NCBI GenBank assembly: GCA_902546615.1
Contig: CACCKE010000003.1
Location: 17,837 to 81,836 of the forward strand
DNA: 64,000 nucleotides
Direction: 5' to 3'
Origin: an uncultured Pelagibacteraceae bacterium
Lineage (GTDB): Bacteria > Pseudomonadota > Alphaproteobacteria > Pelagibacterales > AG-422-B15
In this document: in pieces, positions 18,068-25,338 of the stretch
How positions within the stretch are numbered: position 1 is the first letter of the stretch
How the letters are laid out: each line of letters starts with the position of its first letter
Made by a program: the position numbers and the translations under genes
The notes under the pieces: model-generated
The model's database searches: none
Seen by the model: the letters and a program-made list of their open reading frames with translations, nothing else
Told to the model about the DNA's origin: nothing

Positions 18068-20869
18068 ATGGTCTACCTTATAAAAAAATTATTAATAGTT
18101 TTCATATGTTTGGCGCTCGTTGCTTGTGCGCGATCTCCAAGAATAATTGATGCAGAGTCATTAAGCGTTTCTATTGCTGAAGAGATTGCCGAACTTGAAG
18201 TTAAAGCATCATTTCAAAATATTGACTTACATACTGCAATCGCAATTGCTGTCAGAAACAATCGTGATTTAAGGTTAAGCGTTATGGAATCTGCTCTATC
18301 ACAGAGTCAAAGAGACTTGCAAAAATTTGATATGCTTCCTGACATAGCACTCAGCGCTGGTTATTCTGAGTTTACGGAACTTCAGCCTTCTACAAGTAAA
18401 ACAGTTGCATCAGATGACAGTGTTGCACCGTCAATTGATGGAACAGAAGGCTACACTATTTCTAGGGATAAAGGTCAGGCGACAAGGGGTATTGAATTTA
18501 CTTGGAATGCACTAGACTTTGGACTTTCATACATTAGGGCAGGACAACAGGCGGATAGATATTTAATTGCGAAGGAACTTGAGAGAAAGGCTATTCAAAA
18601 TATTACTAGAGATATTATCAGGTCATACTGGAAAGCCCAAGCATCAGAAAATCTCCTTAAAAAACTTAATCCGCTCCTTAAGAGAGTTGAAGACGCATTA
18701 GCAGACTCTCAATACATTGAAGAACTTTTAATTTCGGCCCCGATGGATTCTTTACTTTATCAAAAAGAATTACTTGATGTACAGCGAACACTTCAAACAC
18801 AACAACGCGCTCTCATAAATTCAAAAAACGAGTTAGCATCATTAATGGGTCTGCTTCCTAGTGAAAAGTTTACGCTCGCTGAGAATGATACATATTTAAC
18901 AAACCTTAATATGGATATTCAAGCTATGGAGGAAATAGCACTTCTTTCAAGACCTGAACTTATGGAGAGTCGATATCAAAAAAGAATTACAAGTAAAGAT
19001 ACAAGGGCGGCCATGTTAGCACTTATACCAAGCTTAAAATTTAATGCAGCATATGGGTACACAAATAATGATTACTTATTAAATCAAGATACAACAGAGT
19101 ATGGAGCATCAATCGGTGGTAATCTATTTGATATATTCTCAATAGGAGTGACAAGAAAAGCTACGAAAGCAAATCAAGAGCTTATTGCCGAAAGACATCT
19201 TGCTATAGCCATGACAGTGCTCTCTCAGGTTCACTTGTCGAATATAAACTATGACCTAGCTATTGAGGAATATGATACAGCGCAAAGATATTTAGATGTC
19301 GCTAAAAGAATAAGTAAACAAGTCCAAAATGCACAGAAAGTCTCAAGATTTGGTGAGCTAGAAGTTATCAGAGAAGAAGCAAGTCTTTTAGTTGCAGAGC
19401 TTAGAAAAGATTTAGCCTTCTCAGAAATGCAGCACAGCATTGGTCAAATATATGCATCAATTGGTAAAGACATTTTACCTGCAGATCATCAAAATCTATC
19501 AATTCAGGACTTAAGTAATAGCATAAAAGCCAATTTAGTTGAGTGGGGCGTAACTTATCAAGCAGCGGTTAATATTCCTTTGAATGATCAAAACCCACAA
19601 CTGCTAGTGATCACAGACCCAATTAATACAAAACAATCAAGCAACAAATTTAAGATATCTAAAGATACATTTAATATCTCTGGTCCAGGTAAATTAAGAT
19701 ACTCGGTAACACAAGAAGACGGCAGTGACTTGCCTCGATGGCTTGCATTCCTAACTTCGGACTTATCGATAGTTGGTAACCCGCCCGAAAATGTATCAGG
19801 CATAAAACTAAAGATCTCAGTTGCTAATGCTTTGGTTTCAGCGGAAGATCAATTTATTCTGAACTTTGTTGATGAGGAAACATTCTTAGCAAATGAAAGT
19901 CAAAAGGCAAGAGAAGAACTTGCGCGTATGACGAGGTTAAGTAATGAGGATGAAATTTTAACGGATGAAGAAGTAGAGGTAGCTTCAGTTGAAACTGTTG
20001 TAGACGAAGATCAAATTGAAGCAGAAGTAACTACATCTGAGCCAATTGAGGCAGAATATGAATTCAGCAATGTATCAGCTGAGGAACTAAATGAACTTCT
20101 AGACTCGGTTGATGAGTTGCTTGAGGGGTCGCTAAAAGAACTAAATAACGAAGCAGACTCATTGCAATTTAATAATCAGATTTTTGATGAAAGTGTCAAT
20201 GCCAATAGCGATGAGGAAGTCGTAACTGAAGATGTAACAACTGCTGATACAGGTGAAGAAAATAACATTCTGCCAACCAAAAAAATTATTCAAGAAAACG
20301 AAAAGCTTCAAGCTAACAATGAGCAACTTCTCTCTGAGGCGGATGAAGCAAAAGAAGAATTAGCTCAATTGATTGAAGAAAATAAACAAAAAGAGTTAGA
20401 AGAAAAAGCTGCTCAAGAAGCACTTGAAGAAAAGTTAGCTAAAGAGGCTGAAGAAGCTTTAGAAAATTTAAATGAACTTGTCGATACAAGTATTGATACT
20501 GAAACTAATTCTTTCAGTGCTCAAGCAAGTGAAGTGCCAGCTGAAACTGACAATGATCTTTCAGAAAGTTCATCAAATGCAGAGTATGCTTATATTAAGA
20601 TCGGGTCATATACACGAGGAAACTCGGCGAATAGCTTGATGAATTACATATACGATTTAATGGGCTTTGATACTCGTTTCCTCAAATATGATATTAATGT
20701 TGAAAAATTTGATAAAAATGACTTCTCAGTAGTGATCGGCCCAGTTCCTATGGTTGAGGCTAAATCGATGTTAGAAGAACTTGATACTCAATTAAGTTCA
20801 GAGAATAGCTCAATTGTTGACGCTGAGCTTACTTGTAATGAAGAAGTCATTCTAATGTGTTCAATTTAA
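18068..20869 (+). CDS. TolC-family outer-membrane lipoprotein with ~450-aa C-terminal extension (cadherin-like module, acidic coiled-coil region, SPOR-like domain)
   Basis: Lipobox LALVAC. OEP-type start LHTAIAIAVRNNRDLRL..FDMLPDIALSAGYS and two coiled-coil repeats run to about aa 480. These are followed by LPRWLAFLTSDLSIVGNPPENVSG, an E/D-rich region and a C-terminal SPOR-like fold. Confidence 0.8.
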   Translation: MVYLIKKLLIVFICLALVACARSPRIIDAESLSVSIAEEIAELEVKASFQNIDLHTAIAIAVRNNRDLRLSVMESALSQSQRDLQKFDMLPDIALSAGYSEFTELQPSTSKTVASDDSVAPSIDGTEGYTISRDKGQATRGIEFTWNALDFGLSYIRAGQQADRYLIAKELERKAIQNITRDIIRSYWKAQASENLLKKLNPLLKRVEDALADSQYIEELLISAPMDSLLYQKELLDVQRTLQTQQRALINSKNELASLMGLLPSEKFTLAENDTYLTNLNMDIQAMEEIALLSRPELMESRYQKRITSKDTRAAMLALIPSLKFNAAYGYTNNDYLLNQDTTEYGASIGGNLFDIFSIGVTRKATKANQELIAERHLAIAMTVLSQVHLSNINYDLAIEEYDTAQRYLDVAKRISKQVQNAQKVSRFGELEVIREEASLLVAELRKDLAFSEMQHSIGQIYASIGKDILPADHQNLSIQDLSNSIKANLVEWGVTYQAAVNIPLNDQNPQLLVITDPINTKQSSNKFKISKDTFNISGPGKLRYSVTQEDGSDLPRWLAFLTSDLSIVGNPPENVSGIKLKISVANALVSAEDQFILNFVDEETFLANESQKAREELARMTRLSNEDEILTDEEVEVASVETVVDEDQIEAEVTTSEPIEAEYEFSNVSAEELNELLDSVDELLEGSLKELNNEADSLQFNNQIFDESVNANSDEEVVTEDVTTADTGEENNILPTKKIIQENEKLQANNEQLLSEADEAKEELAQLIEENKQKELEEKAAQEALEEKLAKEAEEALENLNELVDTSIDTETNSFSAQASEVPAETDNDLSESSSNAEYAYIKIGSYTRGNSANSLMNYIYDLMGFDTRFLKYDINVEKFDKNDFSVVIGPVPMVEAKSMLEELDTQLSSENSSIVDAELTCNEEVILMCSI
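20578..20830 (+). other. SPOR-like peptidoglycan-binding domain at the TolC C-terminus
   Basis: YAYIKIGSYTRGNSANSLMNYIYDLMG...DFSVVIGPVPMVEAKSMLEEL follows the SPOR pattern (y.vQ.Gaf....A..l...l......yrV.vGPf....A). Confidence 0.5.
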
Positions 20870-21927
20870 CTCGTTAAATCCTCATAAATATTAAAATAAA
20901 AGTTCATCATTTCAGTAAAAGTTAATTCTTTAAATTTTAAAAAAATATCAACTTCTCCATTGAGTTTTGGATAATTAACCCGATAAATATTTCTGCCTTT
21001 TTTTTCAAGATGTTTTAATTCAATTAATTTCTTACTAGATCGCCTTACAGTTTCACGCGGCATTTTTGCTGCCTCAGAAATCGAAGATAGATTTGTTGGA
21101 AGAAGATGTCCACTCTCATAAAGATCTTCAATAGAATTATATTTTAATATACCGTGTCTATTTTTAAAATATACTGCAGCTGAAAGTATGATGCGGTCAT
21201 TAGGTAAAAGTGATTGATCGCTTCCTTCCAAAGTAAGAATTCTTACCCAGAAGTGATATAAATGTAATCGTACTCTGTTCCATTTAGGCTGAGAAAATTT
21301 TTTTGTATTGATTGAAGTTAGAGGCTTTAAATTGAAATTGATTTTAAAATAATCTTCAAGATTTATTATAAAATCATTCAAAGAGCGCATTACTGATTTA
21401 TAAATATTACTTAATGAATTAGTAAATATATACGCTTGATAAGCGTCAAAATTTACAAGATATCCATATTTTGAATCCTTAGTTATTAAATCACTTTCTA
21501 AAACTGAATTTAAGTATCTTCTCATACTTTCTTTTGGAATATTGAAATGAGTTGAAAGTGAACTGATAGTAATTTTTTTGCCAATGAATTGGGTAAATGA
21601 TGACTGATAAATTGAATTATTAAGAAAATCTTCTGGATGCATTGCTAAAATTTCTTTTCTATGTTCTTTGAATAAATCTTCATCGTGGTATGCATTTGTA
21701 AATGAAAAAAGTATTATAAAAGACAAAATAGCGATTACCTCATCTTGCAGTCTTTGATCTTTTGTAATCCAATCTGTTGGGCTGTCTTCCCAATCAGACG
21801 GTTCGTGAATAAATAGATTTTGATGACGAGAAAGTTGAATTAACAATAAGAGTGCAAGTTGGTCATTGTCCAACTTTAAGGTGTGCTCAATGACAGAGTC
21901 TCGAATTTTTTTTAAATTAGGATCCAT
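20866..21927 (-). CDS. putative transcriptional regulator with two winged-helix-like segments
   Basis: 353 aa. Two HTH-like stretches: LSTHFNIPKESMRRYLNSVLESDLITKDSKYGYLVN and ISEAAKMPRETVRRSSKKLIELKHLEKKGRNIYRVN. Its stop region overlaps the TolC-like stop by 4 nt (convergent). Confidence 0.45.
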   Translation of the reverse strand: MDPNLKKIRDSVIEHTLKLDNDQLALLLLIQLSRHQNLFIHEPSDWEDSPTDWITKDQRLQDEVIAILSFIILFSFTNAYHDEDLFKEHRKEILAMHPEDFLNNSIYQSSFTQFIGKKITISSLSTHFNIPKESMRRYLNSVLESDLITKDSKYGYLVNFDAYQAYIFTNSLSNIYKSVMRSLNDFIINLEDYFKINFNLKPLTSINTKKFSQPKWNRVRLHLYHFWVRILTLEGSDQSLLPNDRIILSAAVYFKNRHGILKYNSIEDLYESGHLLPTNLSSISEAAKMPRETVRRSSKKLIELKHLEKKGRNIYRVNYPKLNGEVDIFLKFKELTFTEMMNFYFNIYEDLTS

Positions 21928-21996
21928 TTTTAATCATACCCAATATGGGTTTTTTGCTCAAATATCAACAAATATTTACCTATTGAATAATCATCA

Positions 21997-23337
21997 ATGC
22001 TGCGCATAATTCTCTCCATGGTAAAAAGCTTAGAAAAAATCGCAAAGCAAAAGAAAATCAAATATTTCCTAGTCACATTTGTTGATCTTTTTGGAGTGCA
22101 AAGGGCAAAACTCGTACCAACTCGAGCTATTGGAGAAATGCAAAAAACAGGTGCGGGCTTTGGAGGATTTGCAACACATTTGGATCTTTCATTTTCTGAA
22201 CCCGATATGTTTGCTTTGCCTGATCCAGATAGCCTTATTCAATTACCTTGGCAACCTGATGTTGGCTGGTTAGCAAGTGACCTAGTCATGAATGATAAAT
22301 TTATGGACCAATGTCCTCGTGTGATTTTAAAAAATCAGATTAACAATCTAGATAAATTGAACCTTCAAATGATGACTGGCGTTGAATGCGAATTTTTCAT
22401 TTTAAATGAAGATGGTACCGAAGTTGCTGACAATCGTGATGATGCCCTAAAACCTTGCTATGATGTTGCTGCTTTGATGAGACGCTTTGATGTCTTGAGT
22501 GAAATTTGTGACTCTATGATTAAATTAGGTTGGAAGCCTTATCAAAATGACCATGAAGATGCAAATGGTCAGTTTGAAATGAATTGGGATTTTACAGATT
22601 GTCTCACAACTGCAGATCGTCACGTGTTCTTTAAGTTTATGGTAAAATCAATTGCTGAAAAGCATGGATTGAGAGCAACGTTCATGCCTAAACCATTTAC
22701 TCAACTGACAGGTAATGGTTGTCATGCTCATGTGTCAGTATGGGATAAAAAAAAGAAAAAAAACTTATTTCAGGATTCTTCTGATCAACTAGGTCTATCA
22801 AAAATGGGTTATCAATTCATTGGCGGTATTATGAAATCAGTAGACTCTTTTGCTGCATGGCTAAATCCGTGTTTAAACAGTTATGAACGATTAAATGCAA
22901 AAACAACAAACTCCGGTTCAACTTATTCTCCAACTGCTGTGACGTACTCAGGAAATAACCGTACACATATGATACGAATTCCAGATGAAGGACGATTTGA
23001 ATTTAGAGCTGCAGATGGTGCTGTAAACCCTTACCTGCTTCAATCAGGAATTATAGCAATGGGTCTCGATGGAATAATAAACAATCGCAGCCCCGGAAAA
23101 CGTCTTGATATAAACATGTATACTCAGGGTCACAAACTAAAAAGGGTGAAAAAACTACCTAACAGTTTAGAGCAAGCTATAAAAAAGTTTAGCAATGACA
23201 CAACTGTTAAAAAGTCAATCGGCGCAAAAGTTGTCTCGAAGTACGTAAAATTGAAGAAACGTGAATTAAAAGAATTTAGTCAAGTAAGTGAAGCAAACAA
23301 AGCGAGCTGGATGCGTAAAAATATAATTGATTGTTAA
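21997..23337 (+). CDS. glutamine synthetase family protein (GlnA-like; possibly a gamma-glutamyl-amine synthetase)
   Basis: GS beta-grasp start (FVDLFGVQRAKLVP) and catalytic-domain motifs (NGCHAHVSVW, NSYERL, NRTHMIRIP). An alternative start at 22018 (MVKSLEK) is plausible. Confidence 0.85.
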   Translation: MLRIILSMVKSLEKIAKQKKIKYFLVTFVDLFGVQRAKLVPTRAIGEMQKTGAGFGGFATHLDLSFSEPDMFALPDPDSLIQLPWQPDVGWLASDLVMNDKFMDQCPRVILKNQINNLDKLNLQMMTGVECEFFILNEDGTEVADNRDDALKPCYDVAALMRRFDVLSEICDSMIKLGWKPYQNDHEDANGQFEMNWDFTDCLTTADRHVFFKFMVKSIAEKHGLRATFMPKPFTQLTGNGCHAHVSVWDKKKKKNLFQDSSDQLGLSKMGYQFIGGIMKSVDSFAAWLNPCLNSYERLNAKTTNSGSTYSPTAVTYSGNNRTHMIRIPDEGRFEFRAADGAVNPYLLQSGIIAMGLDGIINNRSPGKRLDINMYTQGHKLKRVKKLPNSLEQAIKKFSNDTTVKKSIGAKVVSKYVKLKKRELKEFSQVSEANKASWMRKNIIDC

Positions 23338-23339
23338 AG

Positions 23340-23939
23340 TTATTTTGTGCCTAGAACAGTGGCTACCAAGTGAATTCTATCTTCTTCTCCACCATTAATA
23401 GCTGTATGATATTTAGTGTTATCAGTTAAATAAATGTTTCCATCAGCAGGAATGTGATGACCAGTATGTTCTATGAACATTCGAGCTCCGTAATTGGTTT
23501 TGATTGCAATATGAAGTCTCCTTTCAGGATCTCTATGCCAGCTTAAAGTGGTTCTTGGTGGCATTTTAATCACACGACATCTGCCTATTTCAAAAAACTC
23601 ATTTATTTTTTCATATACATACTTAAAGTAAGTATTGTTTAATTTTGGGTTAAAGAGCGTGTACCTTGTTTCATCAATGTATGGCTCCCGCTCCATTTCT
23701 TCAAATGAAGAGTCTGGTTTTGTCCAATATTTACCCCTAATATTACCTCCAAACCATTCATCCAGCTCTTTCTCATCGTAATTAAGGCAAATAGCATTTG
23801 ACTTAAGCATGCCTGGCTTTTGTTCGGAATTTTCAAAAGGTCTGATCTTGACTAAATCGCTAACAGCTTCATTTAATTTTTCAACGTCAAATGAGATATT
23901 CTCAAGCCTTTCAATATATTGATTAATTGGTGTGTACAT
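23340..23939 (-). CDS. aspartyl/asparaginyl beta-hydroxylase-like 2OG-Fe(II) oxygenase (cupin)
   Basis: WHRDPERRLHIAIKTNYGARMFIE...YHTAINGGEEDRIHLV fits the HxD...H facial triad and family pattern. Confidence 0.5.
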   Translation of the reverse strand: MYTPINQYIERLENISFDVEKLNEAVSDLVKIRPFENSEQKPGMLKSNAICLNYDEKELDEWFGGNIRGKYWTKPDSSFEEMEREPYIDETRYTLFNPKLNNTYFKYVYEKINEFFEIGRCRVIKMPPRTTLSWHRDPERRLHIAIKTNYGARMFIEHTGHHIPADGNIYLTDNTKYHTAINGGEEDRIHLVATVLGTK

Positions 23940-24057
23940 ATTTTTTTATATTAGTATCCAATCACAATATAATATTTTCTTTGATAATTTAAAGATCAAC
24001 AACGAATGAACCATGTTTAAATTGTCGCAGTTTTCTGATTAAAAAAGAAAAAATTGG

Positions 24058-24390
24058 TTAAATATTGGAATTTATTTGTTTGCAGATACTTCTATTTTGC
24101 CAAACTTTCTTATCTATATAATTTTCAAAACCTCTAATATTTTTAGAAATCAACAGCACGAGATTTAAAACATATTCAGCTAATGAAATAGAAGTATAGT
24201 CTCTGAGATTGCAAGGAGAGATGTTATGTTTTCTGCAGTAATCTAAGTCTATTATATTTGTTGCAGTTGCAGTAATAGCAATTAACTCTCATTCTTTTGC
24301 AGATAATAAGTTATGCTTATGTTACTTAATTTTAATAATAATAATTATGTTTGTTTTTTTATTCTTTCTTAAATTTGATACTTTTTTCAG
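24058..24390 (-). pseudogene. decayed, 3'-truncated relic of a D-isomer-specific 2-hydroxyacid dehydrogenase
   Basis: The minus-strand frame reads LKKVSNLRKNKKTNIIIIIKIK*HKHNLLSAKE*ELIAITATATNIIDLDYCRKHNISPCNLRDYTSISLAEYVLNLVLLISKNIRGFENYIDKKVWQNRSICKQINSNI*. This aligns with the substrate-binding domain pattern ..ADIVITNKV..LKLI..AATGTNNVDL..GI.VCNVRGYST.SVAEH..AL.LAL.R.L......V..G.WQ. In-frame stops lie at 24322..24324 and 24289..24291. The NAD-binding GxGxxG part is missing. Confidence 0.65.
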
Positions 24391-24515
24391 GTGTATTCAA
24401 AATTGAGATTTGGTAAAAAGATGTTTGGCGGGAAGATTGAGCTATTAAGAAAAACTATATTTATACCATTATTCTGTAAATTACGGTATTATGTATCCTA
24501 TCTTCTTATAATATA

Positions 24516-24535
24516 CTTAGATATATCCATCTAAG
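24516..24535. promoter_or_regulatory. inverted repeat upstream of the exported-protease operon
   Basis: CTTAGAT-atatcc-ATCTAAG, 38 bp upstream of ATG 24573. Confidence 0.2.
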
Positions 24536-24572
24536 TTATTTACATCAAATACATTTTGGTTAATATTTTAGT

Positions 24573-25283
24573 ATGTTCCGAAAGAAAATTTCTAAATTTA
24601 TTGTTTGTACATTTTTATTAATTCTTCTTTCTACTATTACAAGCAAGGCGGCATTGTTTGGTGGGTGTGATCAAAAATTTATGGATAATCAGAATGATGT
24701 ATTTTATCTAAAAATTCAGCTACAGAGAGATCTTGCTAGTAATATGCCATGGGTTGCAACAGCTTTAAAAGGTGGCTTTGAAGAATGTAGGAAGTTTTTT
24801 CGTGCAGACGAAAGGCTAGTAATTAAAGAAATGGAAGGTGGAGGTGCAGGATGGTCAAGTTATTCAGACCTAGCTAAGACAAATATTTCTAAATCTGAGT
24901 TTTGCAGTTGGGACGGGCCCTTTTCAAAATATGGGTTAGGAGAAGCAGCTCTAAGATATTGTGATGTTGGTAAAAGTTTTCTAGCAAATAAAAGTAAATA
25001 CGAAATATGTAAAAGTGCATTAAATGAAAATAATAATGACTGGGTTACAACAAATGATTATGCAGGTGATGATGCAAGTATGTATGTCCAGGAAGCTCTC
25101 ATTAGAGGGCTAAATGTTAATGAATGTATGCAAGTAATCGTAAAAAAAGAAGGAGCCATAAAAAAGTCTTCTTCGGTTTCCATTGAAAGAAAACTAGACC
25201 AATTAAAGAATCTTCTAGATGAGGGTTTAATTTCTCAACGTCAATATAATGAAAAAACAGACGAAATATTAAGCAACTTTTAA
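24573..25283 (+). CDS. exported protein with C-terminal SHOCT-like tail
   Basis: Signal peptide (FIVCTFLLILLSTITSKAA). The C-terminus KLDQLKNLLDEGLISQRQYNEKTDEILSNF matches the SHOCT pattern. Contains a Cys-bracketed motif shared with the next protein. Confidence 0.6.
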   Translation: MFRKKISKFIVCTFLLILLSTITSKAALFGGCDQKFMDNQNDVFYLKIQLQRDLASNMPWVATALKGGFEECRKFFRADERLVIKEMEGGGAGWSSYSDLAKTNISKSEFCSWDGPFSKYGLGEAALRYCDVGKSFLANKSKYEICKSALNENNNDWVTTNDYAGDDASMYVQEALIRGLNVNECMQVIVKKEGAIKKSSSVSIERKLDQLKNLLDEGLISQRQYNEKTDEILSNF

Positions 25284-25338
25284 AGACAATAGATTGTATA
25301 TTAAATTAAAAATACAAAATATTTACCGATTATATTTG

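Noticed and set aside
22747-22763. A8-G-A8 tract inside the GS-like gene (encodes KKKKK)
   Set aside because: It is a potential slippage site, but the reading frame is intact and the flanking conserved motifs are in register.
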